The notes beneath the pieces are model-generated. The model was not told where the DNA came from, did not search any database, and was given only the letters and a program-made list of their open reading frames with translations. A stretch of 64,000 bases of DNA, taken from Octopus sinensis. Taxonomy: Eukaryota. The DNA lies in contig NC_043008.1 of assembly GCF_006345805.1 (NCBI RefSeq), forward strand, positions 72,416,001 to 72,480,000. The letters are read 5' to 3'. Every line of letters begins with the position of its first letter. The first letter of the stretch is position 1. The translations under genes and the position numbers were made by a program. Shown in pieces: positions 25,855-38,574 of this stretch.

Positions 25855-26669
25855 GTTTTTGTGTCTGTTTGTTCCCCACCACTGCTTAACAACTGATGTT
25901 GGTGTGTTTATATCCCCATAACTTGGTGGTTCAGCAAAAGAAACAAATAAAATAAGTACTAGACTTACAAAGAATAAGTCCTGGGGTTGATTTGTTCCAG
26001 TAAAACTTAAATAATTAAAAGACTAAAAGAATACATAACTACCTATATATGTATATAACAATATATATGCATGCTAGGTATCTGTCTGTCTGTCAATACA
26101 TACATACGTACATTCTTCTTACCACTGCACCAGTAATCTTACAATGGCACCTGTAACAAAACATGTGTTAATAAAGAATATTACAGCCAAATAAAGAAAA
26201 TTTGAAACTCAGAACTCTCTGCATTCAATAAAACAGTGATCCACAATGTGTTTGCAGTGCCAGTACACATACCAACATTTGGGCTGCTTGATTGGATGTT
26301 TGATGAGATCTGAGCCATTGATGTGAAAACCTGAAAAATACTAACAAGCATACATAATTTCTACATAAATAGTAATGTAAAACACCTGTACCTAAAATGA
26401 AAACAAGGTGGCAAAGGCTTAACATTGATCCAAAATACCTTTGAATGTCTTATCATATCCCTTCAGCAACATCTTTTAACCACTAAGTGTCAAAGTGCAA
26501 CCCTTGAACAAGTTTGCATACATGAAGCTGATAACATCATAAGACTTGGAAGGCAGCTCATTGAGTAATATTCCTTGTCTGATAACCTTAAACACATGCC
26601 CAAATAAGTCGCATGACTCTACTGCAATGAATCATCATATGAAATGATGAGCAGAAGACACTGTATGGA

Positions 26670-27410
26670 TATGTTAGTAGAAAGCTCCGAGAGGATAATA
26701 ATGTTGATCATCAAAGCAGTCTATCATGGACCAGTAGCCAGATTACTACCCCCTACTTTGAAGGGTATGGATCTGCAATCCAGGAACAGGAAATACAAGC
26801 CAAATACTTGATGCAAAAAAGGGATAGAAATGTAGAAAAAGCGGTAGAATTCGACAACTGATGAAGACTTTGTGGAGTTAACACCAAAAATATCACCCAC
26901 ATCATAAGCAGTTCTCCAAAAATGTCATCACGATTATTATCTACTGATGAGACAAGATGTTCTAGCTAGGACTCTGTATAATGAAATATGGTAGAAGCCA
27001 TAGCCACTCATAATAAAAAGGAGTACTGGTGGAATGTTCCAGTGAAATCCTCAATAAAAGGTAAGTACAACAGACCTGATATAATGATTTGGGATAGAGA
27101 AGAGAAACTGTGCACAGTTGTGGAAATTAGCTGCTCAGCAGATGTTAACATAAAGCTGAAAATCAGTGAAACAGAGAATACCTATCCTGAACTACTGAGA
27201 AATCTGTAGTTACTCTATCCAAATTACAGTTTGAAGCTTATACCTGTAATCATTGGAGCCCTGGGATATGTAACACACTGCCTAAATACCAATCTTGAGA
27301 AATTAGGCTTCTCAAACCAGAAAGGAGAAGGCTAATTCGAAGACGACATATCCAATCCATCACTGGAACTGTAAAAATCTGTAAAACTTTACAGAAGTTT
27401 ATCATTTAAA
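26670..27410 (+). mobile_element. R4/Dong-like (restriction-like endonuclease) LINE 3' fragment
   Basis: Translates to FEGYGSAIQEQEIQAKY, a decayed CCHC (RLCG...THIISS.PK) and NRPDIMIWD...VVEISC...IPVIIGALGYV. Confidence 0.8.
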
Positions 27411-27719
27411 TATATATGAACATGTCTAGATATGCAACTATGTGCATGAGAATACATACAAAAAGCAAAACATACAAAATCTGCATGCATGCATAGATAC
27501 ATATGCATACATGAATACATATATGCATACACACATACATATATAGATACATACATGCATACAAATGAAATAAGCCTGTTGTTGATGTTGAAATTCCAAT
27601 GAAGGTGCCTTGGATCTAGGTTAGAAACTGGCTCTTTCTCTATTTGTAAGGAATCTTAAAATAAACCAGAATAATGACATACATACATACATACATACAT
27701 ACATACATACATACATACA

Positions 27720-27750
<31 letters not shown>

Positions 27751-28166
27751 GTTTGGGAGTGTATGATGCCACTCTCAGTTTCACAGATTTGTAATAAGTA
27801 AATACAAATTTTCAATTGAATTTCAATACATCATGGAAGAAATATCAATATATTCCAAGCTTTCTTATATGCTTTGTCAATGTCTTTTACCAAACTTTCT
27901 TTGGAACCATCCATACGTGAAATCTTGCCAAAATATTTAAAACTTCTATCATATATATTGTCACTCAATAAATGAAAATCAATTCCCTTTGTTGTAGAGG
28001 GTGTATATAAAGAAATATAAATAAATATAGTTTTTGCATTTGATTGTTTGCGTGTATACATATGTGGGTATGTGTGTGTCTTCTTCAGCCTCCCTTATAT
28101 CACTCATTCTCTCACTGTATGTATGCATGCATGTATGCATATGTATGTGTGTGTGTGTGTGTGTGT

Positions 28167-28255
<89 letters not shown>

Positions 28256-28443
28256 GATATATATATATACATATACATATATATATGTATATACAAATAC
28301 ATATATATATATATATATAAATACATATATATGTATATATATATATATGTATAAATACATATATATGTATATATATATATATAAATACAAATATATGTAT
28401 ATATATATATATACATACATATATATATACATATGTGTATATA

Positions 28444-28484
<41 letters not shown>

Positions 28485-29037
28485 CATACATATATATGTA
28501 TATACACATACATATATACTTATATATACACACACGCACACACACATGCACATACGCACACACCGATGTATACATTGCCAAACAATTTTTAACAGGAATA
28601 AATGTCATTCTTGGCTTCTAAAGGCCATTAAAAGAAAAATTTTGAAACAAATTTTCAGTCTTGTGAAGAACTTGTGTCAGGTTTATAACCATTAATGGCA
28701 TTGATGTATGGTGCTATATCACTGGATGTCACATTGCCAGAAAACTCTTCTGGTCACATCTCCCTCGTCACTCAAATCTCTGTTTCCACAACTTGGAAGC
28801 AAGATCTCTCACCTCATAACTTTCTGAAGGTGTTATGGGATTGTTTTGAATCTTATTCTCTTAAGTTTGAGCCACACACTAACTGCTGTTCATTTATTTA
28901 CCCAGCATTAGTACTCAACTAATTACAGCCATGTTTGTGATTTCCTTCAGCTTTGAAGTCAGTTGATTGCAGTACCTACTCAACAGTTGTAAACCTGGAA
29001 TACTCACTCAGCAACTAAGAGGAAGACAAAATGTCTT

Positions 29038-29102
29038 TCAGCAGTTAGATGAAATAGGGTCACTGGGTTGTAAAACATGTAAAAGATAATCCCTTAATTT
29101 TT
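29038..29102 (-). CDS. Candidate terminal coding exon of an unidentified gene
   Basis: Strong acceptor TTTTTATTCTCTTGTTACACAG, then (E)KLRDYLLHVLQPSDPISSNC*, with AATAAA about 145 nt downstream. It lies in sequence I did not recognise as repetitive. No homology recognised. Confidence 0.3.
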
Positions 29103-30042
29103 CTGTGTAACAAGAGAATAAAAATCCTGCTGAGATCATTTTGGTCTTTCATTATACTGAAATCAGTAACTAAAGTAGCAGTTAAGTACTGTTTTGATTT
29201 AATATTCCTATAATACCTGAACAGAAAGAATTTCAATGAATATAAATTCATAAATAGCTTTCGCTATGTTTTCATGGAAAGTATTAAGTTTAGCTTAAAA
29301 AATCAAACACAACTGACTGAAAATTATTTTTATCATGTGAATAAACCTGAATTTCAGCTTCAAAAGCCTCCCAATAACATGCTAAACATTTCGTTAAAGT
29401 CTTCAAATCACTGAAAACATATGTGTTTTGTAAATAGATTAGCAACTTTTCAAAAGAAAAGGAAGACATGTAACTGTTTTAGCTAACTGCTTTAGGTTTT
29501 CTAAGCAAACCTTCAGGATTGCCCTGTTCTAATGATTGACGATGTTTTGCCATAAACCTAGAAAGTAATATTATAGTATGATAAACGAGAGTCAAAGTTT
29601 CCTTATATTCTGTTGGGTGTTTGTTTTATACATTCTTTGATATTTTTTATATCAGGAATATTTAGGAAAATGCCTCAGTCATTACACATTACTGCCTTGA
29701 CTATATGTCAAATTTAAGATATTCATATTTGCATGCAGTTCAAGGATTTGTTAACATTTGTTTTCTTTTCCTTTCTGTTGCTTTATTCAGTTATACAAAA
29801 CACTAAATTATTGACTGGATCATAGCAGATGCAGCTAGTCAAGAATTTTTTAAATTAATTATAGTAAAGGCTCTTAGTGATGAGAACAATTATAATATTG
29901 ATGAGAAATTCTGATCAAGGAAGACAGGAGATTTAATTTAATTCGAATGAATCAACAACAATGAATTGAAAAAGAGAATGTGTCTGATTATTAGGAAATG
30001 GTGACAACTACAGACATGTTCCAGGTTAATTCGACCTTAACA

Positions 30043-30146
<104 letters not shown>

Positions 30147-30949
30147 AATGTGTGCATCACTGACACTCGAGAACTACCCAACTGATTTCATTCAAATTTT
30201 ATACATGCATTACTTTGGGTCCATGGAGTGTCATGGGCCAAAAAAGTTTCAACTTCTTGTCTAATATGGGCTAGAGCAATCTCTTAAACTGATTTGGCAG
30301 TACATGTCAAAAGTCAAACAATAACATCTATATTGTAATGTGATATAATAGGCTGACTTTCATCTTTTCACTTTTAAGTATTTATTTTTAATTCTTTCAC
30401 TTTTAATTCTAGGATCATCGTCTTTTACACATTTACCATTCAATTACCAGTTAATAATTACCGTAGCAGTTGCAACGTTGCAAGGTATTTACAGTTACAT
30501 ATTAACCTTTAAATTATATGTGTGTATGTATGTATGTATGTGTACATACACGCACACACATACACGTACATACATACACACTCACACAAATGAACCCACA
30601 CATACATCCCTACACACACACACGCACGTACAAGCACACACGCACACATACACTAGGTTAAGAACAGTTACTCGCCACACACCCAAACTCTACGCATACA
30701 CACACGAACACACACATGCACACACACTACAAACAACACACACACATGATACATATACTTACACGCGCACACATATACCCCTTTCTTTTTTTACCTGGCT
30801 GGATACAACAAGTGCCACTCCTTTATGACAGCTAGCTTGCTATGCCTATTATTCACCATACATACACACACACACGCACGCACGCACAAACACACTTGTC
30901 ATCCTTGCACACACACACACACACACACGCACCCACACACATTCCTTGT

Positions 30950-31225
30950 CTTTGAAACTCCCTTGTTTTTAAAAATCATGATTCGTCTACCTCTCAACTT
31001 CTGTTCTTTCAACATGTGATCTCTTGAGCACCACCAGCAAAAATATTTTTTTCCTCTGTCTTCCCTTCTTGGGATCTTTCCTTCTCCTTGTTTCCGACGA
31101 AGAGCTCCGCTCGAAACGTTAAACCCTCCTTCCCTTCTTTCCTGAGCGTCAAATAATACTTTCATTGTTCCACGTCCTCGCGTAGTTGTGTTTTTTTCTG
31201 TGTTTTCTTGTTTGGATTAACTTTA
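30950..31225 (+). mobile_element. Solo PLE pLTR-like repeat
   Basis: Carries an HHR and the same downstream TTCCTGAGCG motif as the PLE end at 6290. It runs into (TA)n(TAGA)n. Confidence 0.7.
31090..31124 (+). ncRNA. Minimal type I hammerhead ribozyme motif (core variant CCGACGA)
   Basis: GTTT CCGACGA A GAGC TCC GCTC GAAA CGTT AAAC. Stem I GTTT/AAAC, stem II GAGC/GCTC, GUU triplet. U4 is C. Confidence 0.8.
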
Positions 31226-31327
31226 TATATATATATAGATAGATAGATAGATAGATAGCTATGTATATATATATGTGCGTGTGTGTGTACATATATGTAT
31301 GTATATATGTGTATATATATGTATGTA

Positions 31328-31390
<63 letters not shown>

Positions 31391-31409
31391 GTATGTATAT
31401 CTATATCTA

Positions 31410-31448
<39 letters not shown>

Positions 31449-31471
31449 TTATCTATCTATCTACATCTATC

Positions 31472-31510
<39 letters not shown>

Positions 31511-31830
31511 GCATATATATATATGCATATATATATATATATATATACATACATATATATATAAATATATGTATATACATATATATATATATATATACAT
31601 ACATACACACATACAAACATATATATATATATACGTATATATGCATACATATATACATATATATATACACATATATAAATATAGATGTATATACATATAT
31701 GTCTGCTGCTTTTAAATAAAGCATATTACTCTACCTCTGGTGTTTGAGTACTCTTTTTTCTCCTTGTTTCACATTTATGTGCTTATTCTGGTACATGTAT
31801 ATATATACATATATATATATATGCATATAT

Positions 31831-32014
<184 letters not shown>

Positions 32015-32760
32015 TGATAGATAGATATAGATATAGATATACATACATACATATATGTATATAAAGATAGATATAATAAATGAAAGACAAAATGGAATAT
32101 ACGAAAATTTATTTTTAATCCCGAGAATTGTTTCAACACATCTACCATCGATTCCTGTTGTGGGACACTAAGCAATTGGTTCAGGAGCATCCGATGATGA
32201 ACATGTATCTCCTCGGGTGATAAATAAATAAAAACAACTCGTTAAAATAACTGTTCCACAATGTAACTTTCTGTTTTGTAGAGAGTAAAACAGCGAGAGG
32301 GAGGAAAAATCTTCATATATATATATATATAGAAGATCAAAAATAAAATTGCAGAGGACGAAAAGAGAAACGAACACGTAATCCAGTGAAAAAAGTATTG
32401 AAAATAACCGTTAACAGATATGGATGTATAAACGCCCTCGAGCAAGCATCATGGCACACGCTCGTACAAGCATCAGTAAAAATGTGAGAATACACACACG
32501 CAATGTTTGGTGTACTTATGATCACAAAACGAGTTAGTTATTTACTTGGAGTTTACAAATACAGGGAGTTTAAAAGTAAACTTAAGTCATCCATACATTA
32601 AAGTAAATTAATTTACCGTATCTTAACGGTTACTCAAAATTTATTTTCACGGTATTGTGCGAAAGTACATTTATATGCGTGTAGGCATCTCGATAGTCGC
32701 CCAGGAATTCTATTAAGTATCTTCTCATTAGTCCACAGAGACGGCAGCATCTCCACGAAA

Positions 32761-33709
32761 CATCTTTTTGAAGGCCAGATTTTCCTAGTTAACTAAACAA
32801 TTTGAAACTTCGTATACTGGTAGAATGTGACCAAAAGAAAACATTATTGTAAACAAAATTGAAAACAAAATTGTAATTCATAACTTAAACGTAGTTTAAT
32901 ATTAAGAATTTTAACCAATGAAATCGCAGCATTCCAGCTCAAATTATTTACCTCTTCTTCTGTCTTTTACATGTGCTAGAAATAACAGCTATATCTCTTA
33001 AATCGATTAATTTCGTCGCCCAATAAAAATATTAACGATATTTTTTGAATATTTTCTTTATTTTTTTTTTACCGAAAAGGCTTCTCCCATGGTTTTGAAG
33101 GACCAGAAACAGCAAAAACAAAACAATAATATGCCTAAATCGGTCTCGAGTTTGCGCGTGGAGTGTGAGTCGTATTGTAAAAATTTGCGAAATATTTTTT
33201 CATAAAAGGATGCCCCTAGCTTGTCGGAAGCTGTGATATAAATTGGGAAAAAAAATCCTCGACACCAGTGCGTAATTGGTACTTAATTTATCGACCCCGA
33301 AACGATGAAATATTGACCCCCCCTTCTGTGCAAATTTGTTGCGGCAAGTGGCAAAACACAACGTGTATTTTTGCTTGTGTGTGTATGTATATGTCTGTTT
33401 GTATGTGTGTGTACGCTTATATATTAATTACTATGTGCTTGTGCAAATGTGTGTGTGTGTCGTGTGTGTCGTGCGTCTGTTATATTTCTTTATCAATATC
33501 AATAACGCAGCAATGTCGGGATTTCATTGGTTAATATTCGAAGATGTTGGGATTTCATTAGTTAAAATCCGTAAAAATTAAACTACGTTTAAGTTACAAA
33601 TTACAATTTTGTTTACAATAATGTTTTCTTTTGACACATTCTACCAGTATACGAAGTTTCAAATTTTTTAGTTAACTAGGAAAATCTGGCCTTCAAAAAG
33701 AAAAGATCC
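32761..33709. mobile_element. MITE of the GGATC-TIR family with about 160-bp inverted arms
   Basis: 32765-32925 pairs with 33520-33700 (GAAACTTCGTATACTGGTAGAATGT / ACATTCTACCAGTATACGAAGTTTC). The right end is AAAAGATCC, as in 50040-51566. Confidence 0.75.
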
Positions 33710-33846
33710 CAGGAAGTTACATTGCATACTTGTATACATACATATAGCTATATATATGCATTTGTGTGTGTGTTTTTAGTGTTTATATATATATATATGT
33801 GTATGCTCCCGACTTTCAGTGTTCCCAAATCCGATTCAAGGAATTC

Positions 33847-33898
33847 TGAGCTGAAGAAAGAAATGTCGAATTGACTAATCTAGAAACGTACGTTCTCA
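33847..33898 (+). ncRNA. Type I hammerhead ribozyme motif
   Basis: TGAG CTGAAGA [A AGA AAT GTC GAATT GAC TAA TCT A] GAAA C GTAC GTT CTCA. Stem I TGAG/CTCA, stem III AC/GT with a palindromic GTAC loop. Predicted cleavage after 33894. Confidence 0.8.
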
Positions 33899-34403
33899 AA
33901 TAACCTTTGCACTTGATTTTTTAATGTTTTTTCCCCCATACTTTTGTGAGTTGGTTTAGGCAAACACTATCTGAGAGAGATCTTCTTTAAGTATTAGAAA
34001 TAGCTGAAGAAATTTCTTTAGCTGCTATTTCTAATGAGTTCAGTATGTGGCAAAGTAATTTATTTTACTAAGCCCTTATATATAATGTAATATTTTGAAT
34101 TCGCCTATAATGGTCCCTTTACATACTGAATACTTGGTGAAATTGATTAATAATTAATTAATTTTACCCTCAATTGTTGAAATTAAAATTCATCTCTCTC
34201 TACTAAATGCTGCGGTTTTCACCGTTAATACATGGTGTTTGTCAATTTTAACCCACGCTGGTGGAAAGGGGAGAGCAGAAATTCTTCGCTTGCATATTCG
34301 AATTTGATAGCACTTTTAGTTCGGGCAGAATTCTAGAGGTGATTAGAAGCCGAAAGGGTATGCTCCCGACTTTCAGTGTTCCCAAATCCGATTCAAGGAA
34401 TTC

Positions 34404-34455
34404 TGAGCTGAAGAAAGAAATGTCGAATTGACTAATCTAGAAACGTACGTTCTCA
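34404..34455 (+). ncRNA. Type I hammerhead ribozyme motif (second copy)
   Basis: Identical to 33847-33898, offset 557 nt. Predicted cleavage after 34451. Confidence 0.8.
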
Positions 34456-34661
34456 AATAACCTTTGCACTTGATTTTTTAATGTTTTTTCCCCCATACTT
34501 TTGTGAGTTGATTTAGGCAAACACTATCTGAGAGAGATCTTCTTTAAGTATTAGAAATAGCTGAAGGAATTTCTTTAGCTGCTATTTCTAATGAGTTCAG
34601 TATGTGGCAAAGTAATTTATTTTACTAAGCCCTTATATATAATGTATATATATATATATAT

Positions 34662-34820
<159 letters not shown>

Positions 34821-35320
34821 CAGATAGATAGATAGATGACTAACTTTGGACTGCTGTCCTGCCTTTCCGTGGTCAGCAGCCGCCAAGGCCAGACACATTT
34901 TTCTCTCTTCGCCTCAAGGCATTTTTCCAATGCGCCAGCTCAAGTTCACCTGTCCTGTCGAAAAGACGCCTGTCTGTGACGTTCTGTTTTTGTTATTATT
35001 ATTATCATTATTGTTTTTACATATTTTCGTATTCTTATTCGTGTTATCATTATTATTTTTACGTATTTTTGTATTCTTATTCGTTCCCGTCCTTGTTTTG
35101 TATACATTCGAGGCTTTCTTCCAAGGAATCTAATGCGCTTGGCTTAGATTTTCCTTTGGAGCTGGCCAGGTCGGAGCAATCTCAAAATTAATCAGCCGAA
35201 ATTGCGAGGATGATCCGGTTCTTGACTGAAGATTGAAGGCTTCGAATGTCCCGTCCATGTTTTTTGTATCGTCTTCTAAATGTTTTGCGTTCTTGTCCCA
35301 GTTTGTGTTTTTTTTTACAT

Positions 35321-35375
<55 letters not shown>

Positions 35376-35382
35376 TATATAC

Positions 35383-35458
<76 letters not shown>

Positions 35459-35479
35459 TAATATGTGTGTTTGTGCGTG

Positions 35480-36013
35480 TGTAATTTTAACCAATCAATG
35501 GCCTCTATTGAGCTAAAATCATTTGCTGTCACTGACTCTAACCTTAAATTTTAGCCTTTCGTTTCTTTTTCTTAATTGTTAAATTAATGTAATTGTTATG
35601 CGTGTGTCTAAAATTATTCGTTTTGTTTTTGTTTTGAGATACACGTATATTGTTTAAACTATTTTCCATGGCTTAAGCAAAAGAAAAAACGAAAGCAATG
35701 GAAAATAATTTAAACAATTAACAAACAAAATAATTCTATAATTTTATACACACGCTTTCCGTACGTAAACATAACAGTGACAGGATGTTGTCTCAGTTTT
35801 AGATGCAGCAAATGATTTTAGCTCAATAGAGGCCATTGATTGGTTAAAATTCGAAAAATTAAACTACGTTAAACTTACAAATCACAATTTTCTCAAGAAA
35901 GCCAAGAGAAAACAATGTTTTTTTTTTGACACATTCTACCAGTATACGAAGTTTAAATGTGTTTAGTTAACTAGAAATTGTGTTGAAAACTGCCGTTCAA
36001 AAGGAAAAGATCC
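35480..36013. mobile_element. GGATC-TIR family MITE remnant
   Basis: Right terminus TGCCGTTCAAAAGGAAAAGATCC. Internal inverted pair at 35483-35527 / 35806-35850. Confidence 0.65.
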
Positions 36014-36233
36014 TATATACATACTATAAGCCTCAGATCGACCAATGCCATGTGAGTGGATTTCATACATGGAAACTGAAAGTAGACTGTCATATATATA
36101 TGTGTATATTATGTGCGTGCATGGCTGCAGTTAAATGACTGAAACAAGTAAAAGCATAAAGACAGATACAACACGAATACAAAATGGCTGATAGTTAGGA
36201 AAAAGAGACACAAAAAAGAAAGAAGAAAGCAAA

Positions 36234-36276
36234 GGACCACTGATGAGTCACAGAAATGTGACGAAATAACTTTAGC
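36234..36276 (+). ncRNA. Hammerhead ribozyme motif in a pLTR-like repeat (about 36200-36430)
   Basis: GGACCA CTGATGA GTCAC AGAAAT GTGAC GAAA: canonical core and a perfect stem II with G10.1-C11.1. The cleavage-site side is decayed relative to the 38530 homologue. Confidence 0.65.
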
Positions 36277-36594
36277 TGAAATACAATATAAAATAAAACT
36301 GAAGCAATGAAGACCAAATATATAGAACGTGTGATTTCATTGGCTAAACTAGCAAGAAGACCATCCCCAAATACAATATCTGTTTCAACACACGAATTCA
36401 CATCAAGAATCTTGCAAAAGGAATATACAAATTATAAAACTTCTTCATCATGCTGTAAACGTCCCCACGGTGTATCCTCCTCCTCCTCCCCCTTCTCATC
36501 ATCATCACCACCACCATCATTCATCCATCCTCATTTAACGTCTATTTTCAATGTTGGCATGGGTAATATATATATATATATATGTATGTATATA

Positions 36595-37269
36595 TATTAT
36601 ATAAAAGGGCTTAGTAAAATAAATTACTTTGCCGCATACTGAACTCATTAGAAATAGCAGCTAAAAAAACTTTTTTAAAACTATTTCTAATACTTAAAGA
36701 AAACCTCTCTCATATAGTGTTTGCTCAATTCAACTCACGAAAATATGGGGGTAGAGACATTAAAAAATCAAGTGCAAAGGTTATTTGAGAACGTACGTTT
36801 CAAGATTAGTCAAACTCGACATTTCTATCATCAGCTCAGAACTCCCTGGTTTGGATTTGAAAACACTGAAAGTGGGAGCATACCCTTTCGGCTTCTTATC
36901 GCTTCTGAAGATCTGCTCGTAACTAACAGTGCCAACAAACTCAAAAATGCAAGCGAAGAATTTCTGCTCTCCCCTTTCCACCAGCGTGGGCTAAAATCAG
37001 TAAACACTATGCTTTTTTCGGTAAAATCCGAGGCATTATATAGAGAGAGATGAATTATAATTTCAACAATTGAGGGTAAAATTAATTAATTAATCAATTT
37101 CACCAAGTATTCAGTATGCAAAGGGACCATTTAAGGCGAATTCAAATTATTACATTATATAAAAGGGCTTAGTAAAATAAATTACTTTGCCGCATACTGA
37201 ACTCAATGGTCCCTTTGCATACTGAATACTTGGTGAAATTGATTAATTAATTAATTTTACCCTCAATTG
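36595..37269 (-). mobile_element. Second copy of the 557-bp retrozyme-like family
   Basis: Reverse complement of the 33801 unit: one unit, about 55 bp of redundancy and an inverted segment (37206-37269). Flanked by (TA)n. Confidence 0.85.
36786..36838 (-). ncRNA. Type I hammerhead ribozyme motif
   Basis: Sense strand: TGAG CTGATGA [T AGA AAT GTC GAGTTT GAC TAA TCT T] GAAA C GTAC GTT CTCA. Confidence 0.8.
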
Positions 37270-37432
37270 TATGTATATATATTATATATATATATATATA
37301 TATAAAATTATAAATGAGGGTGAAAAATCGATATTAATTTAATAATACCATCAATTTAACACCAAGTGGCTTAGCACAAAAAACTAGGGAGAAGATACAA
37401 ATTTATACATAGTGGAAAACTCTCTAATAATT

Positions 37433-37562
<130 letters not shown>

Positions 37563-37571
37563 AATAAAATA

Positions 37572-37922
37572 GAGGCGCAATGACCCAGTGGTTAGGGCAG
37601 CGGGGTCGCAGTCGTGATATCGCGGTTTCGATTCCCTGACTAGGTGTTGTGAGTAATTATCAAACGAAAACACCTAAATCACCACGATGTTCCAGCAGGG
37701 GGGGGGTGAAGCCTGTTGTATTCTTTCACCACAACTTTCTCTTACGCGTTCTTCCTGTTTCTGTTGTACCTGTATTTCAAAGGGCCAGCCTTGTCACTCA
37801 CTGTGGTTAAGGGTACACGTGCCTCTGAAGTGCTCAGCCACTTGCACATTAATTTCACGAGCAGGCTGGAACGTTGATAGGATCAACTGAAACTCTCGTC
37901 GTCGTAACCAATTGAGTGCCAC
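37572..37922 (+). mobile_element. tRNA-derived SINE (head 1 + tail X)
   Basis: Head GGCGCAATGACCCAGTGGTTAGG...GGTTTCGATTCC. Tail CCTGTATTTCAAAGGGCCAGCCTTGTCAC...GAGTGCC. Confidence 0.85.
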
Positions 37923-37952
37923 AGTATATATATAATAATAAATAAATAAATA

Positions 37953-38190
37953 CGCCCTTTTAAAGCCTAGCCAGGCTCATGGGTCCGGTTTCCCAGTTTC
38001 TATGGCGTATGTGTTCCCTAGCTGGACGGGGCACCAGTTCATCGCAACTTTACTCATTTTTGCCAGCTGAATGGACTGGAGTGACGTGAAATGAAATGTT
38101 TTTCTCAAGAACACACCGCGTCGCCCGGTCCAGGAATCGAAACCACAATCTTATGATCATGGTGCTGACACCCTAACCAGTAAGCCACAA
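37953..38190 (-). mobile_element. tRNA-derived SINE (head 2 + CORE-like block + tail Y)
   Basis: Sense strand: GGTTTCGATTCCTGGACCGGGCGAC...CCAGTCCATTCAGCTGGCAAAAATGAGTA...CATGAGCCTGGCTAGGC. Confidence 0.85.
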
Positions 38191-38529
38191 TGAAAATAAT
38201 GTTATGAAGGAGAGAAGAAAGTTCTAGCTACTGTGACAGTAAGCTGTGTTAACATGGGCCTCCTAATGACAAAGTAAACTTCATATGATTAAGATACCCT
38301 TAGCCTGAAGAGTAGCCTGTGGTATAAACCTCGCTTGGATATTTACTACTTCCGAGTTTCCGCTCACTATGAAACAGATGCAGCCCGGATTTTATCTATT
38401 CCATTCCTTAACTTCTGGATATATTTTGTATTTGTGGGTGGGCGTATTGCCAGTTTAGCCAATGAAAACACACGCACTATATATTTGGTGTTCACTTGCT
38501 TCAGCTCTATTTCATATTAATTCCATTTC

Positions 38530-38574
38530 GGCCAGAGTTCTTTCATCACCCATCTGTGATCTTATCAGTGGTCC
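38530..38574 (-). ncRNA. Hammerhead ribozyme motif, decayed, in a pLTR-like repeat (about 38330-38600)
   Basis: Sense strand: GGACCA CTGATAA G ATCAC AGATGG GTGAT GAAA GAACTC TGGCC. Homologous to 36234. G8 is A. Confidence 0.6.

Larger units (their letters stand above)
33801..34645 (+). mobile_element. Retrozyme-like element: 557-bp unit plus 288-bp terminal redundancy, two hammerheads
   Basis: 33801-34088 repeats at 34358-34645 with three differences seen. Each repeat holds an HHR. There is no coding capacity, and both ends abut (TA)n. Confidence 0.85.

Noticed and set aside
35220-35255. CTGAAGA...GAAT motif
   Set aside because: No credible stem II or stem I, and GAAA is absent.
38300-38340. 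CTGAAGA GTAGC...GGTAT AAAC motif
   Set aside because: It needs several substitutions to restore stem II and GAAA, and there is no stem I.
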